DNA from: an uncultured Trueperaceae bacterium
Lineage (GTDB): Bacteria > Deinococcota > Deinococci > Deinococcales > Trueperaceae
NCBI GenBank assembly: GCA_963815215.1
Contig: CAWFFU010000003.1
Location: forward strand, 128,001-192,000
DNA: 64,000 bases
Direction of reading: 5' to 3'
Below the pieces are notes generated by a model. That model did no database searches, was not told the DNA's origin, and saw only the letters and a list, made by a program, of their open reading frames with translations. Below, one piece after another: positions 31,070 through 41,723 of the stretch (the stretch's first letter is position 1; the number at the start of each line of letters is the position of its first letter). The position numbers and the translations under genes are program-made.

Positions 31070-32884
31070 TCAGCGGACGGTCAACAACTCCCGGTAGCTG
31101 CCCGGGTTGTAGGGCGACTGGATGCTGTTGGCGTCGAGCGCGGACTTGGGCCAGGTGTTGCCCAGGTCGGTGTAGAAGCTGAAGGCCTGGCTGATGAGCG
31201 GCGTGATCGGCAGCCACTCGCGCATCAGGGCGGCACGCTCGTCGTAGAGCTGCACGCGCTTCTGCAGGTCGAGCGCCGAGTTCATGTCGACCGTGTACTG
31301 GCCCATCAGCGTTTCCCAGGGCTTCAGGTCGGTCTTGCTCTTGTTCCAGGAGTTGAGGTTGGTGCCCGGACGCAGGCCGTTGTCGAAGCTGGGGTTGTCC
31401 ACGTCGCCGCCGGCGAGGCCCCAGATCTGGGCGTCGTAGTTGACCTTGCGGCCCTTGGCCGGGTCGTAATCGGCGCTGGTGCCGACGATCGAGTTGGCCC
31501 AGATCTCGGTGGAGACCTCACGCGGGTTGATCTTGACGCCGTAGGGCGCGACCGTCTGCGCGATGACCTGAGCTTCCTGGCCGCGACGCGTGTTGCCGCT
31601 GTTGTACTGCAGGTCGAACGCCACCTTGCAGCCGGTGGTGGGGTTCATCAGCACCCCGTCTTTGTCCTTCTGCGTGAAGCCGATGTTGTGCAGCAGCTGG
31701 ACGCCCTGCTCGGGGTCGAAGGCGAACGGCTTGAGGTTGGGCGCGTTGAACGGCTTGGCCGCCTCGCTGTTCCAGTCCTTGGCCGGGAAGCCGAGGCCGC
31801 CCAGGGCGGCGTTCACCAGCGCGTTCCGGTCGATCATGTCGCTGATGGCGCGCCGGAAGTAGACGTTGCTGAACATGTCGGCCTTGCACTTGTCGGTGTT
31901 GTTGAAGTTGTAGGTGATGAAGTCGACGGCGCTGCTGGGGCCGATGTTGGCGTACAGGTCGCCCTTGATGGTGCCCTTGTCGATGGCGTCCTTGACGGCC
32001 TTGACCTGGTCGAGGTTGACCGGCCAGTAGAAGTCCGATTGCCCGGTCACGGCGCGGCTCAACACCTGGTTGGCGTCCTTCACCAGCGTCACGACCCAGC
32101 GATCGGGTCCGGGAATGCCGCTGCCGTCGGCGGCCTTGACCTGCTCGGCGTACTGCGGGTTGCGGACCAGCACCAGGCGCTCGCCGGCTCGGAACTCCTG
32201 CAGCTTGTAGGGGCCGCCCGAGACGATCTTGCTGACGTCGGCGTCGACGCCCCACAGCGCCTTGACGCCGGCGGCGCCCTTGGCCTTGTAGACGGGCATG
32301 AAGATATGGGCCGGGATCAGGCCGTTGAGCGTCACGCAGTCATTGATCGCCAGCGCGTTGACCTGAGGCTCGGGCAGGGTGATCTCGTACTGGTACTTGC
32401 CGAGGATCTTGAGCTGGACCTTCTTGTCGCCGACGACCGAGCAGGAGTAGTTGTTCGATTCCACCTTGGGGTCGCCGACGATGTCCCAGGTGGCCTTCAC
32501 GTCGTCCGTCGTCATCTCGACGCCGTCGGACCACTTCCAGCCCTTGCGCACCGTGATGATGAACTGCTGGTCCTTCTTGAGGACCTGGATGTCCTTGGCC
32601 CACTGCATGTTGTAGCTGCCGTCGGGCTTCTGGAAGGAGCGGTTCCCGACCCAGTCGCGGTAGATCGCGGCCGGACCGGCGTACATCCCGATGATCGCCG
32701 CTTCGTTGGCGCTGGACGTGAGCACGGGGTTCAGGGTGGTGATATCGCCGAACAGCGTTTCGTTGACGGTACCGCCGCTCTTGACCGTTGGCGCGTAATC
32801 CTTCGGCCAGGTGAACGTCTCTACCTGCGCGGATGCCGCGGCCAGGAGCGCTGCCGCGACGACGAACAACAGAGTTCGCTTCAC
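31070..32884 (-). CDS. oppA: Peptide ABC substrate-binding protein (SBP family 5)
   Basis: Signal peptide, TLNP, RKGWKWSDG..T.DDV, SGGPYKL, FRRAIS; SD GGAGGAGG. Confidence 0.9.
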   Translation of the reverse strand: MKRTLLFVVAAALLAAASAQVETFTWPKDYAPTVKSGGTVNETLFGDITTLNPVLTSSANEAAIIGMYAGPAAIYRDWVGNRSFQKPDGSYNMQWAKDIQVLKKDQQFIITVRKGWKWSDGVEMTTDDVKATWDIVGDPKVESNNYSCSVVGDKKVQLKILGKYQYEITLPEPQVNALAINDCVTLNGLIPAHIFMPVYKAKGAAGVKALWGVDADVSKIVSGGPYKLQEFRAGERLVLVRNPQYAEQVKAADGSGIPGPDRWVVTLVKDANQVLSRAVTGQSDFYWPVNLDQVKAVKDAIDKGTIKGDLYANIGPSSAVDFITYNFNNTDKCKADMFSNVYFRRAISDMIDRNALVNAALGGLGFPAKDWNSEAAKPFNAPNLKPFAFDPEQGVQLLHNIGFTQKDKDGVLMNPTTGCKVAFDLQYNSGNTRRGQEAQVIAQTVAPYGVKINPREVSTEIWANSIVGTSADYDPAKGRKVNYDAQIWGLAGGDVDNPSFDNGLRPGTNLNSWNKSKTDLKPWETLMGQYTVDMNSALDLQKRVQLYDERAALMREWLPITPLISQAFSFYTDLGNTWPKSALDANSIQSPYNPGSYRELLTVR

Positions 32885-32972
32885 TGACGTACCTCCTCCG
32901 AGTCGTTGCGAATGGCGGTACCAGCGAGACCATACGCGGGGAGCCGGCTCATCCGTTGGGGCTTCGCCAGCA

Positions 32973-33002
32973 AGACTACCCGCTCGTTGTGCGATGCATC
33001 AA
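32973..33002 (-). promoter_or_regulatory. Putative oppA promoter TTGATG-N18-TAGTCT
   Basis: Sequence match only. Confidence 0.45.
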
Positions 33003-33152
33003 GAGGATGTCTCATGCAGCGCGGTATCGCGGCGGTCCGACGGAGTGCCGTTCGGATGCCCGCGCCGGGGCCGACGGGTTCCACGCCACGAGCCTTCGCG
33101 GCGTGGAGACGCGCGATCGTGGGTTCGGGTCGGCGTTCGCCTGTGGCCGGCC

Positions 33153-33392
33153 TCAGGCCCGGGGGATCACCTGCAACGCCAGTGCCAGCACGCCCCAGAT
33201 GGTGCCCATCCAGATGGTGAGCCGGTGCAGGCCCCCGGCGGTGCCGCCCATCGTCCCGAAGTCGCCGCCGCCGCCCCCGCCGCCGCCCCCGAGGGCGTCG
33301 CCGAGGCCTGACTGCTTGGGCTCCTGCATCAGGATGACGACGGTCACCAGGATCGAATCGATGACGAACAGTATGAACACAATCCAGAACAT
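33153..33392 (-). CDS. secG: Preprotein translocase subunit SecG
   Basis: Two TM helices, ILMQEPK..GLGDALGG, LHRLT; GGAGG SD. Confidence 0.88.
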   Translation of the reverse strand: MFWIVFILFVIDSILVTVVILMQEPKQSGLGDALGGGGGGGGGDFGTMGGTAGGLHRLTIWMGTIWGVLALALQVIPRA

Positions 33393-33462
33393 GCTTCCTC
33401 CGCGGCGAACGGGAGCGGACCGAAGGGTCCGCCCACGTCTCGCGCCGATCCAACGGCCAGGG

Positions 33463-33547
33463 TGGTGCCGAGAGCGGGACTCGAACCCGCACGGGTTGCC
33501 CCGGTAGATTTTGAGTCTACTGCGTCTACCGATTCCGCCATCTCGGC
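33463..33547 (-). tRNA. tRNA-Leu (CAA)
   Basis: GCCGAGA/TCTCGGC acceptor stem, GTAGA-CTCAAAA-TCTAC anticodon arm, long variable arm, GGTTCGAGTCC T-arm, encoded CCA. Confidence 0.96.
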
Positions 33548-33578
33548 CCGGGTGGGCGGCACAGGCCACCCGTAGCCA

Positions 33579-33608
33579 AGCGTAACGGTAGGGGCGTGTC
33601 TCCGGCAA
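33579..33608 (-). promoter_or_regulatory. Putative tRNA-secG promoter TTGCCG-N18-TACGCT
   Basis: Sequence match about 30 nt upstream of the tRNA. Confidence 0.45.
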
Positions 33609-33644
33609 GGGCCTGTGCTGGGACGGGGCCTCAGGGCGTAGCGC

Positions 33645-33905
33645 TCAGGGCTCCGCTCGGTCGGCGTAGCCCTCGATACGCAGGAGCGCCTCGCCGACGG
33701 CGTCGAGCAACATGCCCAGGCTGCCGGTGATGAACAGCCAGGTGCCGGCTTCCTTGAGGTCCGCGAACAGGAAGAAGATGCTGCCCACGAAGAAGGTGGT
33801 GTTCCCGACCAGGCCCAGGCCGGTGTGGATCCAGGGATAGTCCCGGGCGATGCGTTTGAGCGGCACCAGGTGCGGCAGGTTGGCGACCCTGCGAAGCAGC
33901 GTCAT
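33645..33905 (-). CDS. Small membrane protein, YrhK-like
   Basis: FFVGSIFF..GTWLFITGS pattern; GGAGG SD before ATG 33905. Confidence 0.7.
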   Translation of the reverse strand: MTLLRRVANLPHLVPLKRIARDYPWIHTGLGLVGNTTFFVGSIFFLFADLKEAGTWLFITGSLGMLLDAVGEALLRIEGYADRAEP

Positions 33906-34037
33906 GTTGCCTCCTTCCGTGCGCCCCTCGTGGGCCTCGGCGCCGCGCCCACCCCCCTCCGGCGGCCGGTGGTACAGTACGCGCGTCGCAGGGCCGCCGG
34001 CTCCAGTCGGCGGGCACCGTGCGCCCCCAGGACTACC

Positions 34038-34748
34038 ATGACGATCGCAGTTGTCCGTTTCCCAGGCAGCAATTGTGACGACGACGCCCGGCACGCGTTC
34101 GAGTTCGTTCTCGGCGCCCCGGTGCGCTTCGTGTGGCACCGCGACACCTCTCTCGGACGCGCGGACGCCGTGGTCCTGCCGGGCGGCTTCAGCTTCGGCG
34201 ACTACCTCCGTGGCGGGGCCCTGGCGGCGCTCAGCCCGGTGATGGGGGCGGTGCGCGCCTTCGCCGGGCGCGGCGGGCCCGTTCTCGGGATCTGCAACGG
34301 CTGGCAGATCCTCACCGAGGCAGGCCTGCTACCGGGCCAGCTCGCGCGCAACCCTTCGCTCCACTTCCTGTGTCAGGACGTCCACCTTCGCGTGGAGCGC
34401 GACGACCTGTCGTTCACGCGCCGTTTCGAGCGCGGCCAGGTGCTGCGCATCCCCATCGCTCACAACGAGGGCAGGTTCTATGTCGACGACACTAGCCTCG
34501 AAGAACTCGAAGGCGAGGGCCGGGTGGTGTTCCGCTACGTCGATGAGCAGGGGCGGCAGACGCCCGAGTCCAATGTCAACGGCAGCGTCCACGCCATCGC
34601 CGGCGTCGTCAACGACCGCGGCAACGTGCTCGGCATGATGCCCCATCCCGAGCGGGCCGTCGAGCCCTTGCTGGGCTCGAGTGACGGCGCGGAGCTGCTG
34701 CGCGGCATGCTGGAGCACCTTCACGACGGGGCGGCGAGGGCGTCGTGA
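34038..34748 (+). CDS. purQ: FGAM synthase glutaminase subunit
   Basis: [31 protein letters not shown]. Confidence 0.96.
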   Translation: MTIAVVRFPGSNCDDDARHAFEFVLGAPVRFVWHRDTSLGRADAVVLPGGFSFGDYLRGGALAALSPVMGAVRAFAGRGGPVLGICNGWQILTEAGLLPGQLARNPSLHFLCQDVHLRVERDDLSFTRRFERGQVLRIPIAHNEGRFYVDDTSLEELEGEGRVVFRYVDEQGRQTPESNVNGSVHAIAGVVNDRGNVLGMMPHPERAVEPLLGSSDGAELLRGMLEHLHDGAARAS

Positions 34749-34791
34749 GCTCCCGACACCGTCGGGGCCGCGAGGGCCCCCGGAGCGCGCC

Positions 34792-37014
34792 ATGACCGAC
34801 AGCCTGCGCGCCTCGGCCGCTACCTTCGGTCTGAGCGAAGCCGAGTTCGACGAGGTCGTTCGGCAGCTCGGACGCGAGCCCAACGCGCTCGAAGCCGGCG
34901 TGTTCGGAGCCCTGTGGAGCGAACACTGCGGTTACAAGAACTCGCGCCCGCTGCTGAGGCGTCTGCCGACGAGCGGTCCGCAGGTGCTGCAGGGCCCCGG
35001 GGAGAATGCCGGCGTCGTCGACATCGGCGACGGCTGGGCGGTGGCGTTCAAGATGGAGAGCCACAACCACCCCAGCGCCGTGGAACCCGTCCAGGGCGCG
35101 GCCACCGGCGTGGGGGGCATCCTGCGTGACATCTTCGCCATGGGCGCTCGTCCGGTGGCGGTGCTGGACTCGCTTCGCTTCGGCGACCTCGGTGAGGCGC
35201 GCACCCGCTACCTGCTAGCCGGAGTCGTCCACGGCATAGCACTCTACGGCAACGCCATCGGCGTTCCGACCGTCGGCGGCGAGATCGCGTTCGATCCGTG
35301 CTACCAGGAGAACCCGCTGGTGAACGTGATGGCGCTGGGCTACCTTCGTCACGACGAGCTCAAGCGAGGCACCGTGGGCTCGGTCGGCAACAGCATCATC
35401 TACGTGGGCTCGAAGACCGGTCGAGACGGGCTCGGCGGCGCGGTGTTCGCGTCGGCCGATCTGAGCCAGTCCTCCGACGCCGACCGGCCGGCTGTGCAGG
35501 TCGGCGACCCGTTCATGGAGAAGCTGCTGCTCGAGGCCTGTCTGGAGGCGTACGGGCGCGGGCTCGTCGCCGGTGTGCAGGACATGGGTGCGGCGGGACT
35601 CAGCAGCAGCATCGCCGAGATGGCGCATCGTGCAGGTCTCGGCGTGGATCTGGACCTGGAACGGGTGCCCAGGCGCGAGCAGGGCATGAGCGCGCTCGAG
35701 GTGATGCTGTCGGAGTCGCAGGAGCGCATGCTGCTGACCGCCACGCCGGGCCGCGAGAAGGAGTTGTTGGAGCTGCTGGAGCGTTGGGAGCTCGACGCCC
35801 ACGCCATCGGCATGGTGCGCGACCACGGGCGACTGCGCCTGTTCGAGGGCCGCCGGCTCATCGGCGACCTGCCGGTGGCCGCCCTGAACGAGCCCCCCAC
35901 CTACACCCGCGACGGGGTCGAGGCCCTCGAGACAGCGGCGTTGCGCCGCCGCAGCATCGACGTGCCCGAGACCTCCGACCCGGCGGGCGCGCTGCTGACG
36001 CTGCTGGCGAGCCCGACCATCGCCAGCAAGGAGGCCGTCTTCCGGCAGTACGACCACCAGGTGATGACCAACACGGTGGTACTGCCCGGTCGCGGCGACG
36101 CCGCGGTGCTGCGCGTGAAGGGGAGCCCCCTGGGGGTGGCGGCGACGGTGGACTGCAACGCCCGCTACGTGCGGCTCGCACCACGGCTCGGCGCTGCCCA
36201 CGCCGTCGCCGAGGCCGCCCGCAACCTCACCTGCGTGGGCGCCACACCTCTCGGTGTGACCGACAACCTCAACTTCGGCAACCCCTACCTCCCCGAGGTC
36301 TACTACCAGCTCGAGCAGGCGATCGAGGGGCTCAAGGAGGCGTGCCTCGCCCTGGGCACGCCGGTCACCGGGGGCAACGTCAGCCTCTACAACCAGTACC
36401 GGTCGGACGACGGCTACCACGCCATCGACCCGACGCCCACGGTGGGCATGGTGGGGGTGCTCGCGGACGTCGAACGCCGCGCGGACATGGCACTCAAGCG
36501 CCAGGGGGACGTGCTGCTGCTCGTCGGCGAGGTGGCCGGAACGTTGGGAGCGAGCGAGATGCTGGCGGCCCTGCACGCTACCGTCGCCGGCGCGCCTCCG
36601 CCGCTCGACCTGGAGCGAGAGGTGGCGGTGCAAGGCGTGGTGCGTTCGTTGATCCAGGAGGGGCTGTGCGACACCGCCCACGACGTCTCGGAAGGGGGGC
36701 TGGCGGTGGCGCTCGCCGAGATGGCGATCGCCGGCGGCATCGGGCTCGACGCCACCCTCCCGGGCATGCCCGGCATACGCGATGATGCGGTGCTCTTCGG
36801 AGAGGGCGCGGCACGCATCGTGGTCGCGCTGAGCAGCGACGAGCGCGCTACTACGGCGCTCCAGCGGTGCTCGGCGGCGGGCGTTCCGTGCCTCCGGCTG
36901 GGGTCGAGCGGCGGCGATGAGGTCCGCATGCGGACCGTCCGCGGCGCCTTCGCCGTGCCCCTGTCGAACCTCCGGACCGCTTACCATCGGCCGCTGGCGG
37001 AAGCGCTACGCTGA
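34792..37014 (+). CDS. purL: FGAM synthase large subunit
   Basis: [45 protein letters not shown]. Confidence 0.97.
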   Translation: MTDSLRASAATFGLSEAEFDEVVRQLGREPNALEAGVFGALWSEHCGYKNSRPLLRRLPTSGPQVLQGPGENAGVVDIGDGWAVAFKMESHNHPSAVEPVQGAATGVGGILRDIFAMGARPVAVLDSLRFGDLGEARTRYLLAGVVHGIALYGNAIGVPTVGGEIAFDPCYQENPLVNVMALGYLRHDELKRGTVGSVGNSIIYVGSKTGRDGLGGAVFASADLSQSSDADRPAVQVGDPFMEKLLLEACLEAYGRGLVAGVQDMGAAGLSSSIAEMAHRAGLGVDLDLERVPRREQGMSALEVMLSESQERMLLTATPGREKELLELLERWELDAHAIGMVRDHGRLRLFEGRRLIGDLPVAALNEPPTYTRDGVEALETAALRRRSIDVPETSDPAGALLTLLASPTIASKEAVFRQYDHQVMTNTVVLPGRGDAAVLRVKGSPLGVAATVDCNARYVRLAPRLGAAHAVAEAARNLTCVGATPLGVTDNLNFGNPYLPEVYYQLEQAIEGLKEACLALGTPVTGGNVSLYNQYRSDDGYHAIDPTPTVGMVGVLADVERRADMALKRQGDVLLLVGEVAGTLGASEMLAALHATVAGAPPPLDLEREVAVQGVVRSLIQEGLCDTAHDVSEGGLAVALAEMAIAGGIGLDATLPGMPGIRDDAVLFGEGAARIVVALSSDERATTALQRCSAAGVPCLRLGSSGGDEVRMRTVRGAFAVPLSNLRTAYHRPLAEALR

Positions 37015-38477
37015 TGGCGATGGACGGAACCCCCTGGGACATCCTCGGCGAGGACAAGATGCACGAAGAGTGCGGGGTGGTGGCGGCCCACCTGCCGAAC
37101 GCGGCGGACATGGCGTCGCTGCTGCACATCGGGCTGTTCGCGCTGCAACACCGCGGGCAGGAGTCCTGCGGCATCTGCGTGGCTTCGGACGACGAGATCC
37201 GGATCGAGAAGGACATGGGTCTGGTGAGCGCCGTGTTCACCGAGGACCGGCTCGACAAGCTGCGCTTCGCCGGCGCGCGCACCGGCATCGCGCACACCCG
37301 CTACTCGACCACGGGCTCGAGCCTGCGCTTCAACGCGCAACCCATCACGGTGCGCTCCAACAAGGGCCTGCTGGCGCTGGCCCACAACGGCAACTTCACC
37401 AACGCCAAGTCGATGCGGGAGCGCATGCTCGATGAGGGCGCGGTGTTCCAGACCACCAACGACAGCGAGGTGATGATCAACCTCATCGCCCGCTACAGCC
37501 ACCTCAGCCTGCGCGACGCGACCGCGCAGGTGATGGGGGAGCTCGAGGGCGGCTTCGCGGTGGTGCTCATGGACCGCCACCGCATCCTGGGTCTGCGCGA
37601 CGCCAACGGCGTGCGGCCCCTGGTGATCGGCGAGATCGAGGGGGGCTACGTCTTCGCCTCCGAGCCGTCGGCGCTCCACGTGATGGGGGCCACGTTCCTG
37701 CGCGACGTCCGGCCGGGTGAACTGGTGATGGCGGACGACGAAGGGCTGCACAGCTTCCAGGTGCTCACGCCGCAGCCCACCCCCTGCGCTTTCGAGTGGA
37801 TCTACTTCGCGCGCGGGGACTCCGTGCTCGACGGCGTCGAGGTTCACGCCGCGCGGATCCGCATGGGCGAGGTGCTGGCCGAGGAGGAACCGGTCTCGGC
37901 CGACGTGGTGGTGGGCGTGCCGGACTCAGGCGTCGCCGCCGCCATCGGCTACGCGCGCGCCTCCGGCATCCCGTTCGACATGGGGCTGTACAAGTCGCCC
38001 TACGCAGGCCGCACCTTCATCCATCCCACCCAGCGCCTGCGCGACCAGAAGGTGAAGCTGAAGCTGGCGCCCACGCCGGCCGTACGCGGCAAGCGGGTGG
38101 TCCTGGTCGACGACTCGATCGTGCGCGGCACGACCTCGGGTCGCATCGTGCAGCTGTTGCGCGAGGCGGGAGCGACGGAGGTCCACTTCCGGGTGTCGAG
38201 CCCGCCGATCCGCTTCCCGTGCTACTACGGCATCGACACCGCGGCCCGCAAGGAGCTTGCCGCCGCCACCATGACCATCGACGAGATCCGTCAGCGAATC
38301 GGCGCCGACACCCTGCACTTCCTGTCCGAGCCGGGCCTGGCACGGGCCATCGCGCTCGGCCGCACCTGTCTGGCCTGCTTCGACGGCCGCTATCCGGCCG
38401 GGCATCCCGGCGAAGAAGTGGAGAAGGACGGTCTGGACGCCGAGAACGAGCGGCCGGTCGAGATCGCGCCGGTCTGA
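37014..38477 (+). CDS. purF: Amidophosphoribosyltransferase
   Basis: EECGV propeptide/Cys, QHRGQE, RYST, HNGN, VDDSIVRGTT. Confidence 0.97.
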   Translation: MAMDGTPWDILGEDKMHEECGVVAAHLPNAADMASLLHIGLFALQHRGQESCGICVASDDEIRIEKDMGLVSAVFTEDRLDKLRFAGARTGIAHTRYSTTGSSLRFNAQPITVRSNKGLLALAHNGNFTNAKSMRERMLDEGAVFQTTNDSEVMINLIARYSHLSLRDATAQVMGELEGGFAVVLMDRHRILGLRDANGVRPLVIGEIEGGYVFASEPSALHVMGATFLRDVRPGELVMADDEGLHSFQVLTPQPTPCAFEWIYFARGDSVLDGVEVHAARIRMGEVLAEEEPVSADVVVGVPDSGVAAAIGYARASGIPFDMGLYKSPYAGRTFIHPTQRLRDQKVKLKLAPTPAVRGKRVVLVDDSIVRGTTSGRIVQLLREAGATEVHFRVSSPPIRFPCYYGIDTAARKELAAATMTIDEIRQRIGADTLHFLSEPGLARAIALGRTCLACFDGRYPAGHPGEEVEKDGLDAENERPVEIAPV

Positions 38478-38499
38478 GGAGTTGTCCCGAGCGGCCCCG

Positions 38500-39228
38500 T
38501 CAGGCCCCGCGGACCACCATCCACGCGAAGCGCACCAGCCGGGGGAGCCGGCGCCACCGCTTGGGATCGAGCGCTACGCGCAGCACCCACTCCACGCCGA
38601 GCCTGCTGCTCCACGCCGGCATACGGCGCACCTCGCCGGCGAGCACGTCGAGGGTGCCGCCCACTCCGATCGCCACGGCCGTGCCGAGCTCGGCCTCGTT
38701 CTCCCACAGGAAGCGTTCCTGGCCCGTGCCGAGCCCGGCCAGCAGCAGCTGGCAACCGCTCTCCGCGACCTCGCGGCAGACTTCGGGGACCTCCTCGGGA
38801 CGCCGGAAATAGCCGTGATGCACGCCACCGACCTGGCAGCCGTAGCGGCGCCTGATCTCGGATGCGGCGCGTTCGGCCACCCCGGGGCGGCCTCCCAGCA
38901 GGAACACGCTCAACTCGGGGCCGCCCGAGCGCAGCACCTCGGTGACGAGGTCGACCCCGGGCACGCGCCCGGGCAGGCGCTCGCCCCGGCGACGTGCGGC
39001 CCAGGCGATGCCGACGCCGTCGGCCACGCTGAGGTCTGCGGCGCGCAGCGCGCGCCGTAGTCGAGGGTCGTCGTGCGCGCCGACCGCGATCTCGGGGTTG
39101 AGCGTCACCACCAGCTTGCTCTGACGGCCGCGCGCGGCCGTCAGCACCCAGGCGGCGGCCTCCGCTAGCGTGAGCGCGTCCACCGGAAGGCCGAGCAACC
39201 AGATGCGCCGGCCCGCGTCGGGCTGCAT
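38500..39228 (-). CDS. WecB/TagA/CpsF family glycosyltransferase
   Basis: TLNPE, ADGVG, RVPGVDL, HGYF, GVGGTLD, GVEW. Confidence 0.9.
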   Translation of the reverse strand: MQPDAGRRIWLLGLPVDALTLAEAAAWVLTAARGRQSKLVVTLNPEIAVGAHDDPRLRRALRAADLSVADGVGIAWAARRRGERLPGRVPGVDLVTEVLRSGGPELSVFLLGGRPGVAERAASEIRRRYGCQVGGVHHGYFRRPEEVPEVCREVAESGCQLLLAGLGTGQERFLWENEAELGTAVAIGVGGTLDVLAGEVRRMPAWSSRLGVEWVLRVALDPKRWRRLPRLVRFAWMVVRGA

Positions 39229-39962
39229 CAGTCCGTGCGGGGAGCGGGCGCGAACAGGTAGAGCGGTGCGCTGCCGGCCGCGGGCTGGCGACCCACCAGC
39301 TGGGGTACCACGCTGCTGCCGGAGATCTGGGCGGAGAACGCCAGATCGCGCTCCATCCCGAGGCGCCGCAGGTAGTGCCCGGAGACCGACTGCCACAGCG
39401 CTTCCATCGGGTCGGGGAAGGCCCGCAACAGGCTGAGCGCGAAACGCGTGGCGCCGCTGCGCGCGGCGGTCGGGAGCCGCTCGGCCACCATCGCCGCCAG
39501 CAGGCCCGCGCCCAGGGTGTCGTCGAGGTCGGGTTCCCCTTCGAACCCGGCGCCGACCAGATCGATACTCTCGAGCGCCTGCCGCGAAGCCAGCTCGGCC
39601 ACCGCGGCGGCGTTGTAGAGCGAACCGAGCAGCACGCGCCGGGCGTCGGCCAGCTGGGGCAGCCAGCGGGGAGCATTCTCCGACACCAGCACGGCGCGTC
39701 GTCCCGTCAGGTCGACGGTGGCGAGCTCGGCCGGCGAGTTGCCGAAGTTGAAGCCCTCCGCCGGAACGCCCTCGCGCTCGCCCAGCAGCAGCCAGCCGTC
39801 TTCGGCCGCCGCCCTCGCGCTGCGTAGGCTGGGCGTCAATGCCAGCTCGGTGAGTCCGCGCTCGAACAGCAACGGCGCCACGGTGCAGGTGCGCAGGACG
39901 TCGATCAGGACGACAACGTCCTGGTAGCTTCCGGTAGGGGTGAGATCGGTGTGGATGCGCAT
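39228..39962 (-). CDS. 2-phosphosulfolactate phosphatase-like protein (ComB family)
   Basis: VVLIDVLRTCT, GEREG..GFNFGNSP, GSLYNA, LDDTLGAG. Confidence 0.82.
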   Translation of the reverse strand: MRIHTDLTPTGSYQDVVVLIDVLRTCTVAPLLFERGLTELALTPSLRSARAAAEDGWLLLGEREGVPAEGFNFGNSPAELATVDLTGRRAVLVSENAPRWLPQLADARRVLLGSLYNAAAVAELASRQALESIDLVGAGFEGEPDLDDTLGAGLLAAMVAERLPTAARSGATRFALSLLRAFPDPMEALWQSVSGHYLRRLGMERDLAFSAQISGSSVVPQLVGRQPAAGSAPLYLFAPAPRTD

Positions 39963-40109
39963 GTTGGGGGGGTTGTGCCAGTCGCGCCCGGCGCGCCAGA
40001 CCGCGCTGGCGCACGCTGCGAAGTCTACCACGCGGGGCGTGTACCTCCACATGCCCGGAGTGCGTAGCAGGCGACTCCCTCCCTCACCGGACGGAGGGTA
40101 AGCTGACGC

Positions 40110-41693
40110 GTGCCCCGCGACGATGCGCCGCCGTCCCGTACGAGCTTCCTGGACCACTACCGGTCCGGCGACCTGAGTGAGTTCTTCGACCTTGCTGCCG
40201 GCGACGTCGATGGCGCCCTGCGGGTGCCGCGCCCCGCCGAGCGCGCCGCCCTGGCCGAGGCCATGCGCGGGCACGCCCGCGCGCTGGGGGCGCCGCAGGC
40301 CGTGTTCGACAGCCTCGAGCGGCTCGAGCACCCCGCCTCCCGTGCCGTCGTGACAGGCCAGCAGACGGGTTTGCTGCTTGGCCCCGCCTACACCCTCTCC
40401 AAGGCGATCACCGCCGTGAAGCTCGCCCGTCGCCTCGATCGCGACGAGCGCCCGGTGGTGCCCGTGTTCTGGCTCGCGAGCCAGGACCACGACACCGCTG
40501 AGATCGACCACGCACACTTGCTGGACGGCGAGGAGCGCCTGCATCACGTAGGCGTCGACCTTCCCGCGGACGTGCCCGCAGGACGGGCGCGCCTGAGTGG
40601 AGCCATGGTGGACGGCGTGGTGCGGGCGATCGACGAACTGAGCCCGGCATCCCCGTTCCGCGACGAGGTGGTGGCGCTATTGCGGGACGCGGCCGAAGGC
40701 GGCGTGACGTACGCCGACTGGTTCGCGGGGCTGCTCTATCGCCTGCTAGGCGAGCAGGGCCTGACGCTGTTCGATCCCATGCACCCGGCGGCCGCGGTCC
40801 TGTTGCGGCCGGTGCTGGAGCGCGAGCTGGAACGTCCGGAGGAGAGTGTCGCCGAGGTCAACCGGGCCGCGCGTCGGCTGCGGCATCTGGGCTTCGATCC
40901 TCAGCTCGGACGAGGTGCCGACGCCACCAACCTGTTCCTGGAGGTGGGCGATCGCGAAGTTCCCCGTCGCGTGCTCCTGCGGCACGAAGGCCGCAACTTC
41001 AGGCTGGAGGGCCGGGTGCTCTCGACCGAGGATGTGCGCCATCACCTCGACCTGGATCCCGCCTCGCTCACCCCCGCTGCCGGGCTGCGCCCGGTGGTTC
41101 AGGACGCCGTGCTGCCCACCGCCGTGGTGGTCCTAGGTCCGGGGGAGCTGCGCTACTTCGCCCAGCTCCGCGGGGTGTACGCGCGTCACGGCGTGCCCAT
41201 GCCGCTGGTGTGGCCCCGCGCCACGGCCACCGTGGTCGAGCCGCCGGTGGCGCGCATCCTCGACAAGTACGGGCTCGACGTGGGCGCCTTCCAGAACGAT
41301 CCGGACGGGTGCCTGAAGCACGTGCTGCTCGAGCGCAGCGGGTACGGGGAGCGCTTCCGCACCACCGCCGATGAGGTCGAGCGGTCGATGGACCGGCTGC
41401 TGGAGGCCGTGGAGGGGATCGACCCGACCCTGCAGGGGACGGTCGACCGGGGGCGCGGCTACCTGCTGAGGACGCTGGAGCGACTCAGGAGCAAGTCGGC
41501 GGCCGCCCTGGCGCGCGAGGACGCCATCACGGGCGCACAGTTCGAACGCCTGCGAGCCCACCTGCTACCGCTCGGGCAGCCCGCCGAACGCGTGCTCAGC
41601 CCCTTCAGCCCGTTCCTGAAGTTCGGCATCGCCCCCACCATGGCCGCCTACGCCTCGATCGAGGCCGAGGGCGCGTTCACGCTGCGCATCTGA
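40110..41693 (+). CDS. bshC: Bacillithiol biosynthesis protein BshC
   Basis: VVTGQQTGLLLGPAYT..KA, PVFWLASQDHD, LRPVVQD..LPT..GPGELRY, ERV. Confidence 0.92.
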   Translation: MPRDDAPPSRTSFLDHYRSGDLSEFFDLAAGDVDGALRVPRPAERAALAEAMRGHARALGAPQAVFDSLERLEHPASRAVVTGQQTGLLLGPAYTLSKAITAVKLARRLDRDERPVVPVFWLASQDHDTAEIDHAHLLDGEERLHHVGVDLPADVPAGRARLSGAMVDGVVRAIDELSPASPFRDEVVALLRDAAEGGVTYADWFAGLLYRLLGEQGLTLFDPMHPAAAVLLRPVLERELERPEESVAEVNRAARRLRHLGFDPQLGRGADATNLFLEVGDREVPRRVLLRHEGRNFRLEGRVLSTEDVRHHLDLDPASLTPAAGLRPVVQDAVLPTAVVVLGPGELRYFAQLRGVYARHGVPMPLVWPRATATVVEPPVARILDKYGLDVGAFQNDPDGCLKHVLLERSGYGERFRTTADEVERSMDRLLEAVEGIDPTLQGTVDRGRGYLLRTLERLRSKSAAALAREDAITGAQFERLRAHLLPLGQPAERVLSPFSPFLKFGIAPTMAAYASIEAEGAFTLRI

Positions 41694-41723
41694 GGTCCCG
41701 GCCGCCCGCGTCGGCGGCGGAGC

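Noticed and set aside
33463..33547. tRNA as an integration site for an island
   Set aside because: No integrase and no duplicated tRNA 3' end seen; flanks are housekeeping genes
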